A stretch of DNA of 64,000 nucleotides. Origin: an uncultured virus (IMG/VR IMGVR_UViG_3300027159_000392). Its lineage: Duplodnaviria; Heunggongvirae; Uroviricota; Caudoviricetes. Positions within the stretch are counted from its first letter, which is position 1. Every line of letters begins with the position of its first letter. The notes under the pieces were generated by a model that saw nothing but the letters and a program-made list of their open reading frames with translations, was not told the origin of the DNA and searched no databases. This document shows, piece after piece, positions 30,667 through 40,200 of the stretch. The stretch lies in IMG/VR virus record IMGVR_UViG_3300027159_000392; one strand, 5' to 3'. The position numbers were made by a program, and so were the translations under genes.

Positions 30667-31836
30667 ATGAAAATAGGATTTATAGGAGTTGGCAAACTCG
30701 GTAAAGAATCAGCCGAAGTCATGGCTGAAAAACATGACGTAATAGGTTACGATATTAATACAGTATCCCCTGAAAATTTTAAAATGGTACCTTCGATTAA
30801 AGACGCATGTCAAGATCGACAACTTATCTTTATTGCTGTACCAACACCTCATCACCCAGACTATGACGGTAGGTACCCTACAGCACATTTACCTAATAAA
30901 GATTTTAACTACCAAATAGTTAAAGACGTACTTACAGAAGTAAATAAACACGTTAACAGGGAACAACTAGTAGTACTTATATCTACAGTTTTACCAGGTA
31001 CAATACGAAGAGATTTTATAGATTTAATTCCTAATGGTAGGTTTATCTATAACCCATACTTAATTGCTATGGGAACAGTAAAATGGGATATGGTTAACCC
31101 TGAAATGATTATTATTGGAACAGAAGACGGTTCTACAACAGGAGATGCTAAATTACTTTTAGATTTCTATCATACATTTATTACCGAAGGTACTAGATAT
31201 GAAATAGGTACTTGGGATGAAGCAGAAGGAATAAAAATATTCTACAATACATTTATATCTACTAAAGTAGCTTTAGTTAATATGATACAAGATGTAGCTG
31301 AAAAATCAGGTAATATTAATGTAGATGTAATAACAGGCGCACTCGAAAGATCTACACAAAGGATATTAGGTCCTTCCTATATGAAAGCAGGAATGGGAGA
31401 TGGAGGAGGTTGCCATCCTAGAGACAATATTGCACTAAGGTATATGGCAGAAAACTTAGACATAGGATATGACTTATTCGATGCTATTATGAATGCTAGA
31501 GAAAAACAAGCAAAGAATCTAGCTGATAAACTAGTAACCTTAGCAAAGAATGCTCAGTTACCAATTATAATTTTAGGTAAAGCATACAAACCAGATGTTG
31601 ACTATGAAGATGGCTCTACATCAATACTTACAGGTCATTTCTGTGCTGAACAAGGTATTGTACCAGAATATGATCAACCAGTACCCTACAAAGCGGTGTA
31701 CCTATTAGGACATATGGGCAAGCATCATGATTATGAATTCCCCGAAGGGTCTATAGTATTAGATCCATGGAGATCATATACTGCTAAAGATGAATCAATA
31801 GAGGTGGTGCACTATGGCAATACAAGATTACAATAA
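30667..31836 (+). CDS. UDP-glucose/GDP-mannose dehydrogenase family
   Basis: IGFIGVGKLG, FIAVPTP, STVLPGT, AEGIKIFYNTF, GGGCHPRD, LGKAYKP. Confidence 0.9.
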   Translation: MKIGFIGVGKLGKESAEVMAEKHDVIGYDINTVSPENFKMVPSIKDACQDRQLIFIAVPTPHHPDYDGRYPTAHLPNKDFNYQIVKDVLTEVNKHVNREQLVVLISTVLPGTIRRDFIDLIPNGRFIYNPYLIAMGTVKWDMVNPEMIIIGTEDGSTTGDAKLLLDFYHTFITEGTRYEIGTWDEAEGIKIFYNTFISTKVALVNMIQDVAEKSGNINVDVITGALERSTQRILGPSYMKAGMGDGGGCHPRDNIALRYMAENLDIGYDLFDAIMNAREKQAKNLADKLVTLAKNAQLPIIILGKAYKPDVDYEDGSTSILTGHFCAEQGIVPEYDQPVPYKAVYLLGHMGKHHDYEFPEGSIVLDPWRSYTAKDESIEVVHYGNTRLQ

Positions 31837-32767
31837 GAAAAGACTGTTCATTGTCGGATGTAGTTACTCTAAATATGCTTATCCTACATATGCAGATATT
31901 CTAGGAGCAGACTTTGATGAAACAATTAATGCAGCAGCTTCAGGCGCAGGAAACACATATATCTTTAATACTGCTGTTCACTTACTAAGCAAATACGAGT
32001 TTACTGAGAACGATACTGTGATAGTTCAATGGTCAGGTATAACTAGATGGGACCATATTCACGGACATGACATATACTTTAGAACTCCAGGTACTTTAGA
32101 ATACCAAGAAGATATTCCTCTTAAAGTTGTCGATAAATACTTTAATTTAGTTGCCGAAGCATATAAACTTATTAATTATGTAAGAGCAGTAAAAGATGTT
32201 AGCAGGCACCTTAAATGTAAGTTTGCTACCTTTAATATGTTAGACCCTTGGATTTCTCTTTTTTACGGAGAACCATACTCAACTAGCTTCTTTAATAAAG
32301 ATATAGACTATATAAAAGAATATTATCCATTTGAAAAACTAAAAGAAGCTTTTAATAAAGCAAAAGCATTGTCAAGTGTAGAAGAATTTATATGGGGAGT
32401 ACCTATGGAACGTCCTCACTACTATTATGAAGGTCCTGGAAAGAGACAAGACGAAACACATCCTTCTACAACACAACATTTAGCATTCGCAAAGTATTTA
32501 GATAAAGAGTTAAATTTAAATGGAACTAATTTATACACAGAACAGATGAGTAAATACCTCAAAGACATTGAAGATGTATTTTGCGAACCTGATCTAGATT
32601 TTGATAAATTAGCAAAAAATGAAAAACCCCAATATCGTTTATTTGGTTACGGGTCTAGCTGGAATAAAAACAAACACCTTCAATTACCTTACAAAAATTA
32701 CCCTTCTAAGATATTCAATAAAGGGTACCAAGCGTATGACAATGACATGAAAACATGGAAGCAGTAA
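31814..32767 (+). CDS. SGNH-like hydrolase or acyltransferase
   Basis: VGCSYS, NAAASGAGN, VQWSGITR, DETHPS..QH. Confidence 0.65.
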   Translation: MAIQDYNKKRLFIVGCSYSKYAYPTYADILGADFDETINAAASGAGNTYIFNTAVHLLSKYEFTENDTVIVQWSGITRWDHIHGHDIYFRTPGTLEYQEDIPLKVVDKYFNLVAEAYKLINYVRAVKDVSRHLKCKFATFNMLDPWISLFYGEPYSTSFFNKDIDYIKEYYPFEKLKEAFNKAKALSSVEEFIWGVPMERPHYYYEGPGKRQDETHPSTTQHLAFAKYLDKELNLNGTNLYTEQMSKYLKDIEDVFCEPDLDFDKLAKNEKPQYRLFGYGSSWNKNKHLQLPYKNYPSKIFNKGYQAYDNDMKTWKQ

Positions 32768-33390
32768 TTATCTCAGGTTACTTAAAAGATCTGTCCGATA
32801 ATATAATTCCATTTATTAAAGGTAATGACTTATATGTTCATACCTGGAATGATAGAGATAATACAAGATGGTTAAATAAACTTGAAAGATATAGGAAGTA
32901 TACTAATAAGATGATATGTTATGTAGATCCTCCTAAGTACGAAAAAAAGCTTTATTCTTATTTTTATTCAACTTATAGAGCGTTAGATCTTATACCTAAT
33001 ATAGATATATACGACAAGATAGTAAAATTTAAACCTAACTTGATAGGAGATAAGATTGAATTTAAAGGTGATACACAGAAATACTTTAATAAAGCTAAAC
33101 TAGCTACGAGACCTTTATTAAAAGACTACAACAGAGAAGACTGTTTATATGGCTCAGTATACTATAAGAATATAGATGAAAGATTATTTTCTGGTCATTC
33201 GTTGGCTTTTAAAAAAAACTTTCTTATATTAAATGATATAGAGGCGTCTATGTATAAACTAGATAACACGTTAGAACAGAAGTACGGAAAAGAATACGAA
33301 GGAAGTATATTTTGGACTGAGTGGTTTAGTAATAATAAAACGCCAATAATAGTAGATACAGATTTAATCATACCTAATAATAAAATGTAA
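32755..33390 (+). CDS. Hypothetical protein (possible glycan-related enzyme)
   Basis: AVIISG...DLYVHTW N-terminus; last gene of the modification block. Confidence 0.5.
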   Translation: MEAVIISGYLKDLSDNIIPFIKGNDLYVHTWNDRDNTRWLNKLERYRKYTNKMICYVDPPKYEKKLYSYFYSTYRALDLIPNIDIYDKIVKFKPNLIGDKIEFKGDTQKYFNKAKLATRPLLKDYNREDCLYGSVYYKNIDERLFSGHSLAFKKNFLILNDIEASMYKLDNTLEQKYGKEYEGSIFWTEWFSNNKTPIIVDTDLIIPNNKM

Positions 33391-33644
33391 TGGCAAAAAA
33401 AACTAAATTAGCACAAGAAGAAATTCAAGCACTTGAAAACATTAAAACAAAAAATATAGCTATCGTCGAAGAATTCGGGAGAATAGGTATAATTAATTTA
33501 GATATAGAAGCTAGACAAGAAAGAGCAGAAGACTTCTTAGCTAAGTTAAGAAATGAAGAAGTTAACTTATCAAAATCACTAGAAGAAAAGTACGGAAAAG
33601 GTACAGTAAATCTAGAAACTGGAGAGTTTAACTCCCTTAAGTAA
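33390..33644 (+). CDS. Small coiled-coil hypothetical protein
   Basis: 84 aa, ends LEEKYGKGTVNLETGEF. Confidence 0.6.
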   Translation: MAKKTKLAQEEIQALENIKTKNIAIVEEFGRIGIINLDIEARQERAEDFLAKLRNEEVNLSKSLEEKYGKGTVNLETGEFNSLK

Positions 33645-33790
33645 AAACTTTTTTAACTTACATTTTTATCTTAGTAGGTTTTCAACTTTCTTTTCCTATT
33701 TATAAATGTTAATATCATACGAACAGGCAGATCTGTTTTCGATTTACTAACGATATTTATAAGAGAACGAATAATCTAATTTAAGATACA

Positions 33791-35533
33791 ATGGCAGAAT
33801 CATTAATCTCCCCAGGGGTACTATCAAGAGAGCAAGATAGATCTTTTATTGCTCCCGCTCCATTAGAAGCTGGTGCAGCTTTTATAGGGCCAACAGTAAT
33901 CGGACCAGTAGAAGAACCAACAGTGGTTACTTCATACGGTAGCTACCAAAGCAAATTTGGTGTTACTTTCGAGTCTGGTTCTAACAAATACGAATTTTTA
34001 ACCTCACTAGCAGTTAAGTCCTACTTTGAGCAAGGAGGTAACTCAGCATTGATTACTAGAGTAGTAAACGGTTCCTTCACTGGAGCTTCTAACTCTACAA
34101 TCGCTTCAGCAGATGCAGGTACAGCGCCATTCACTATCCAAACTTTAGGAAAAGGAGCTATACTTAATAACTCTACAGGAGCAGGAGATGCAGGAGCACA
34201 AAATAGCGACGGGTCACTAGTTGACGGAAGCGCAGAAAATATTAGATGGGAAATCGGTAACGTTGACGCAAAGAACGGTACATTCTCATTATTGATCAGA
34301 AGAGGAGATGATAATTTAAGTCAAAAGACAGTACTTGAATCATTCAACGATCTTAGTTTAGATCCTAATTCAGAAGGATACGTTGCTAAAATTATTGGAG
34401 ATCAGTATAAGTCTAAATCAGTAGATGGTGGACAGACTTATATCTCTACAAAAGGATCATATGTAAACAGATCTAACTACATTAGAGTAGCATCTGTAGA
34501 CAGACAAACACTTAATTACTTAGCTAACGATGGAGTTTCAGTAAGAACAGCAGCATACACTGGTTCTTTACCGGTAGCATCTTCTGGATCTTTCCACGGA
34601 GCAGCAGGTAATTTATATCAGTCAACTGAACCTAACAAACATTTCTCAGAAATTTCAGCTGGAAATACACAAGGTTTAGAAGCAGCAGATTATTCGGATG
34701 CTATTTCAATTTTAACTAACCAAGACGAATACGTTTTCAATATCGTTTCTGCTCCAGGATTAATTTATTCATTCGGAGATCATAAAACTCAATTAGATGC
34801 AGTTATTTCATTAGCATCTAATAGAGGAGACAATATTGCAGTAGTAGATTTATCTTCATATGGAACTTCAGTATCTAATGCAGCAGGAAATGCAGCATCA
34901 GTTAATAGTTCTTATGCAGCTACTTACTGGCCTTGGCTACAAATGCAGTCTTCAACTGGCAAGTTAGAGTTCGTTCCTGCCTCAGTTGTAATTCCAGGTG
35001 TATATACATTCACTGACGGAGCTGCAGCACCATGGTTTGCACCAGCTGGTTTAACTAGAGGTGGAATATCAGATGTAATTCAAGCAGAAAGAAAATTAAC
35101 TAGATCTCAAAGAGATACATTATATAGTGCTAATGTTAACCCAATCGCTACATTCCCAGGAAGTGGAATATCAGTATTCGGTCAAAAGACATTACAGAAG
35201 AAAAAATCAGCACTAGATAGAGTAAATGTTAGAAGACTATTAATTGACCTTAAGAAATTCTTAGGAGATCAAGCTAAATCATTAGTATTCGAACAAAATA
35301 CAATTGCAACAAGAAATACATTCTTGTCTAACGTTAATCCTTACTTAGAATCAGTGGTACAGAGACAAGGTCTTTATGCTTACAGAGTAGTAATGGACGA
35401 CACGAATAACACCGCAGACGTAATTGACAGAAACCAATTGGTAGGGCAGATATTTATTCAGCCTGCAAAAACAGCGGAATTCATTACACTTGATTTCGTA
35501 ATCTTACCAACAGGTGCAACATTAGGTGAATAA
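33791..35533 (+). CDS. Contractile tail sheath protein (gp18-like)
   Basis: SPGV..REQD.S, YAATYWPW, PWFAPAG..RG, VNPIATFPG.G..VFGQKT, DRVNVRRL, FEQN, I.PAKTAEFI. Confidence 0.95.
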   Translation: MAESLISPGVLSREQDRSFIAPAPLEAGAAFIGPTVIGPVEEPTVVTSYGSYQSKFGVTFESGSNKYEFLTSLAVKSYFEQGGNSALITRVVNGSFTGASNSTIASADAGTAPFTIQTLGKGAILNNSTGAGDAGAQNSDGSLVDGSAENIRWEIGNVDAKNGTFSLLIRRGDDNLSQKTVLESFNDLSLDPNSEGYVAKIIGDQYKSKSVDGGQTYISTKGSYVNRSNYIRVASVDRQTLNYLANDGVSVRTAAYTGSLPVASSGSFHGAAGNLYQSTEPNKHFSEISAGNTQGLEAADYSDAISILTNQDEYVFNIVSAPGLIYSFGDHKTQLDAVISLASNRGDNIAVVDLSSYGTSVSNAAGNAASVNSSYAATYWPWLQMQSSTGKLEFVPASVVIPGVYTFTDGAAAPWFAPAGLTRGGISDVIQAERKLTRSQRDTLYSANVNPIATFPGSGISVFGQKTLQKKKSALDRVNVRRLLIDLKKFLGDQAKSLVFEQNTIATRNTFLSNVNPYLESVVQRQGLYAYRVVMDDTNNTADVIDRNQLVGQIFIQPAKTAEFITLDFVILPTGATLGE

Positions 35534-35571
35534 ATTTAAAAGTTGAATATTTATAATAAAGATAACATAAA

Positions 35572-36057
35572 ATGGCAGTATTAGATCCTAACGAAATAAT
35601 GTTCAGAGCTTTCGAACCGAAAGTCCAAAACAGATTTATCATGTATATTGATGCAATTCCATCATTCATGATAAAAAACGTCAAAGCACCTACGTTTACA
35701 GACAACGTAGTAAAGCTAGACCATATAAATTCATACAGAAAAATTAGAGGAAAGAGAGAATGGGCAGAGATGACTATGACTCTATACGATCCGATAACTC
35801 CAAGTGGAGCACAAGCCGTAATGGAATGGGCAAGACTAGGATACGAATCAGTAACTGGTAGAGCTGGATATTCAGATTTCTACAAAAAAGATTTAACTCT
35901 TAACGTATTAGGTCCTGTAGGGGACGTAATTGGAGAATGGATCATTAAAGGTGCATTCGTTACAAACGGAGACTTTGGTCAATTTGACTGGTCTTCTGAT
36001 GCAGTAGTTGATTTAGGAATTACAATCAACATGGATTACTGTATATTGAATTACTAG
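35572..36057 (+). CDS. Tail tube protein (gp19-like)
   Basis: Follows the sheath; FEPK..NRF, W..MT.TLYD, GY..FYKKD, W.IKGAF. Confidence 0.9.
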   Translation: MAVLDPNEIMFRAFEPKVQNRFIMYIDAIPSFMIKNVKAPTFTDNVVKLDHINSYRKIRGKREWAEMTMTLYDPITPSGAQAVMEWARLGYESVTGRAGYSDFYKKDLTLNVLGPVGDVIGEWIIKGAFVTNGDFGQFDWSSDAVVDLGITINMDYCILNY

Positions 36058-36084
36058 GAATAAAATACTTTATTATATATTAAG

Positions 36085-36109
36085 AAGCCCCCTTGTGGGG
36101 CTTTTTTTT
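36085..36109 (+). terminator. Rho-independent terminator after the tail tube gene
   Basis: AAGCCCC-cttgt-GGGGCTT followed by a T run. Confidence 0.85.
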
Positions 36110-36180
36110 AGTTTATAGTTGTTTCTAAAAGTTTATATTCGTATATTTATATATAAACTAGTTCTAATTATTAATAATTT

Positions 36181-36945
36181 ATGGAAAATCAAGTAAAAAA
36201 GGCAGAAAAGCCTAAATTTCAAATCCCTACCGAACAGGTAGACATTCCATCTAAAGGTAAGTTATACCCATCCGATCACCCTCTGGCCAGTGGTAAAGTC
36301 GAAATGAAGTATATGACTGCCAAAGAGGAAGATATCTTAACGAATCAAAACTACATTGAAAAAGGAGTAGTAATTGATAAGTTATTACAATCACTAATCG
36401 TATCAGATTTCAACTACAACGATTTACTTATTGGAGACAAAAATGCAATTATGGTTGCAGCACGTATATTATCTTACGGTAAAGATTACGATATTCAATA
36501 TAACGGTAAAGATATTACAGTTGATTTAACTGAAATCAAAGATAAAGAGTTAGATTTCGATAGTCTTGAACAAGGACAGAGAGAGTTTACTTTTGGACTA
36601 CCTAAAAGTGGTAATGAAGTAACTTTTAAACTTCTTACTCATGGAGATGATAAAAACATTGACAGAGAAGTAGAAGGACTAAAGAAAATCAACAGAGAAA
36701 GTAGCGCTACACTATCAACTAGAATGAAGTACATTATTACTTCAGTAAATGGAGATAGAGAGGTATCTACAATAAGACAGTTTGTTGACCAAGGGCTATT
36801 AGCTCAAGATGCAAGAGCATTGAGAGAAGAATACGCAAGAGTACAACCAGATGTTGAATTTAAAGTCTACCATGTGGATGAAGACGGTGTTGGGGAGGAC
36901 ATCGACGTCCCTGTGACGATCAACTTTTTTTGGCCTGACGCCTAA
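36181..36945 (+). CDS. T4 gp26-like baseplate hub/tail assembly chaperone
   Basis: IPSKGKLYP, MTAKEEDIL, DLLIGD.NAIM.AARILSYG; sits between tube and tape measure genes; ends NFFWPDA. Confidence 0.75.
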   Translation: MENQVKKAEKPKFQIPTEQVDIPSKGKLYPSDHPLASGKVEMKYMTAKEEDILTNQNYIEKGVVIDKLLQSLIVSDFNYNDLLIGDKNAIMVAARILSYGKDYDIQYNGKDITVDLTEIKDKELDFDSLEQGQREFTFGLPKSGNEVTFKLLTHGDDKNIDREVEGLKKINRESSATLSTRMKYIITSVNGDREVSTIRQFVDQGLLAQDARALREEYARVQPDVEFKVYHVDEDGVGEDIDVPVTINFFWPDA

Positions 36946-37195
36946 CGCTGCTGCGGAAACGCGAAGCAGATTATTTCGGCAAATACACGACATAGTATTT
37001 CATGGTAAAGGTGGCTATGACTGGCATACTGTGTATAACATGCCGATATGGTTAAGAAGATTAACTTTCAACTATATTAACGAGTGGTATAAAGAGCAAA
37101 ACGAAGAAAACGAAAGCGCTCAACAACAAACCACAGATAATAGACCAAAAGGACCGGATATTTCTCCATCCTATAGCACAACGGCTTCTAAATAA
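36926..37195 (+). CDS. Unannotated +1-frame ORF (gp51-like), probably translated as a frameshift extension of 36181..36945
   Basis: FFGLTPNAAAETRSRLFRQIHDIVFHGKGGYDWHTVYNMPIWLRRLTFNYINEW...SK*. The frame opens after TGA 36914-36916 and overlaps a T7 run at 36925-36931; no ATG/GTG/TTG in its first ~35 codons. Confidence 0.7.
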   Translation, partial: FFGLTPNAAAETRSRLFRQIHDIVFHGKGGYDWHTVYNMPIWLRRLTFNYINEWYKEQNEENESAQQQTTDNRPKGPDISPSYSTTASK

Positions 37196-37207
37196 TTAGG
37201 AGCCTTT
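37183..37207 (+). terminator. Hairpin terminator at the end of the frameshifted ORF
   Basis: GGCTTCTAA-ataa-TTAGGAGCC (9 bp including one G-U) followed by TTT. Confidence 0.6.
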
Positions 37208-37233
37208 GCTATTTATATTAAACTCATAGGTAA

Positions 37234-40200
37234 ATGGCGGAAGAAAAAGATCCCCTACAAGGTAACGAAGGAGCTACACAAGCACGTATAGATCAATTAA
37301 AAATGATCAATAGGGAAGGAGCGCAAGCTAAAGCAGCTCTTGAAGGGTTAGCTGGTGCCTTTAAGAATCTTGGAGCAGCCGATGCTGTCTTCGCCGAACG
37401 CGCAGTTAAGTCTAGTAATGAGATAGCAGGACAAGTAAAAAACTTTAGTAAATCATATAAAGATAATATTGATCTTGCTAAAAAACTTTCTGGTTTTACT
37501 ACGAACCAGCTAAAAGATACAAAAACACGTAATGCTTTTGAAAAACAGGTACTCAAAGCTGAAGCAGAACAAGCATCAGTACAGGCACAAAAAGCCGAGC
37601 TAGCAGAAAGAGCAGAAGTACTCGGTCGAGAATTATACGCGAATGAGGTATCTCTTTTAGAACAGATTAAACAAGTTGTTTTAGCTGAAGAACAAGTTAT
37701 AGCTGCTAAACAACAACAAAAAGACATATCTAAAGATGCGGAGGCTCAACGAAAAACAGCTTCTGATGCAGCATTTGAATCTCAAAAGAAGAGTGAAGAC
37801 TTATCAAAGCAAATAGCTTTACTATCCAGCAAGGAAGGATTAAAAGCTTTTGAACAATCAAAAGGGGCAAAAGCAACACAAGGTGAGTTAGTTAAAATAA
37901 TAAATCAGAAAAAAGCACAGCTAGCTGCTGAACAAGATAATATAAAAGCTCAATCGGAGCAAATGGAAGCTGCTGAAAAAATGAAAACTGACGCTTCCAA
38001 CGTAGTAAAATCGGCAGAAGATAAGCTTAAGGTAGAAAAAGCAGTAGCAGAAGCATTAGAAGAACAGCAAGAAGACTTATCAGCTCAGGTAATTACCACT
38101 GATATGATGGTTGAAAACCTTAGCAAAGCAGCTCAAGAGATAGAAAATGGTTTAAACTATGCTCAAGGATTATCTACTGAAATAGAAAAAGTAAATAATG
38201 CCACTCCAAAATTTATAGAAGCATTTGAGAAATTTGGAGCTGCTGCATCTGGTATACCTATTATAGGTAGCGCAATTAGCTTCTTAACTGGTGGTATATC
38301 GGAGGCTTCTAAGAAGTTTAAAACACTAAAAGCAGAAGGAAAAGGAGCAGGAGAAGCGGTTAGAAAAGCTTTTGGAGGATTTGTATTTGCAGGACTTACA
38401 GCTGCATTAACAGCATTCATTTCTTTAGCAGTTGATGGAGCCAAAAAGTCTTCTGAAGCTGTAGTAACATTAAATAAGAGCGTTGCTGGATCGATGGTAA
38501 ATATGCAAGCTCAGATGAGTCGAGTTTCTGCAGCAGCCGGAAAATTTAGTGTACCTTTAAATGAAGCTGCCGCTACAATAGCAGGAATAAATGATTCTCT
38601 TGGTACGTCTTTAGACTTTACCAAAGAAACTACAGAACAAGCTATTAAGTTAGCAAATAAATACGGAGTATCTGTTGATGCCGTAGCTCATATAGTTAAA
38701 AATTCAGCAGCGAATAAAAAGACAATGACTGAGACTGTTGATGCAGTCACAGCAGGAGTAGCTAGGTTTAATGAGATGAATAACGTCTCTATAAGTACTA
38801 AAGCTATTTTTGAAGATATAGGTAAAGCCTCTGCCACAACTTTAAGAGGCATAGGGAAACAACCTGGAGCATTAGCAGCAGCCGCTGCAGCAGCAAGATC
38901 GTTAGGTATGTCAATGGAGGACATAAGAGCTGCATCTGAATCAACAACAGACTTCCAGAAAAGTTTAACTGATGAAATGACTACTGAGATGATGCTCGGT
39001 AAACAGTTAAACTTAAATAAATTAAGAGAAGCAGCTTTAACAGGAAATGTAACTACACAGGCCGAAGAAATGAAAAGGCTTGTTATGGAGAACCAAGGAA
39101 GAATTGGTAATAACGTAAAACTTCAAGAACAGTTTGCTGCTACATTAGGTATCACAAGAGACCAATATAATGATATTATAAAAAACGGTGAGGCCCTATC
39201 TACTTTAACTGAAAAATCAGGAGCAGCAGAAGAAGCAAACGGCAAAGCTAGAAAAATGTCTCAAGAAGATATTGCTAAATCTGTAGAAAAAACAACCGGC
39301 AAGTTAACTTCTTTAGGAGACAAAATTGCAAAGTTCCAAGAAAACATGGCTCTTGGAGCAAATAGTTTTGCCTCAGATATAATTGACGGTTTTGACGATG
39401 GATTCATGGCTGGTATGTCAAATATCGGGAGTATGATGTGGGATGAAATATCTAAAGCTTTTGAAGAAGGCTTTGACTATTTTAAATCTGGTTCAAACGT
39501 AGGAAGATTTTTAGGAGTTTTAGCAGTTGGAGGAGGAGCAGCAATAACATTTAAAGCTGCAAAAGGTGTTTTTAGCGGGATTAAAAGTTTCTTAGGACTA
39601 GGTTCTAATAAACCTACAGGTAGCGCAATGGATCCTATTCATACCGTAAGTGGAGGAATGAATGCCGGAGATCTTACCCAATCTTTAGGTAAAGCGGGGT
39701 TCTTTAAACAGGTAAAAACTTTATTTAAAAAGCCTCAAGTGTTCTTTAGAGCATTGAAAATGAAAGGTGGCTTCTTAGGTAAACAAATAGGTAGATTTGG
39801 AACGATGTTCTCTAAAATGAAACTTCCAAATCTTACTAAGATATTCTCTAAAATAAAATTACCTAATTTAGGTAACATTTTCTCTAAACTTAAATTTCCT
39901 TCAGGAGCAGCTAGTGGTATATTAAAAACCGTAGGGGGTAAGATATTAGCACCATTAGAATTAGCAATGGGTGCTTTTAAAGGTGTTAATCAAGTTAAAG
40001 ATTTAACTGCTGAACAAAAGAAAGAACAAGGTATCCGAGAGGATATGGGCGTAGTTGAAGCCGGCGTCTTAGGTGCTTTAACTGGAGGAGCTGAAAAAGG
40101 CTCGATGTTTAGTGAAAAATTAGGTATAGAGAAAGGCGGTGCAGGAGATGAAGCATTAGGTATTGCTTCTGCAGGTGCTAGAGGTGCAATGACAGGAGCA

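Noticed and set aside
33722..33737. AACAG-gcagat-CTGTT hairpin in the sheath leader
   Set aside because: Only 5-6 weak base pairs; not distinguishable from chance.
36892..36898. GGGGAGG as an SD-like frameshift stimulator
   Set aside because: It lies about 26 nt upstream of the slippery run, too far for known SD stimulation, and the genome otherwise does not use SD sites.
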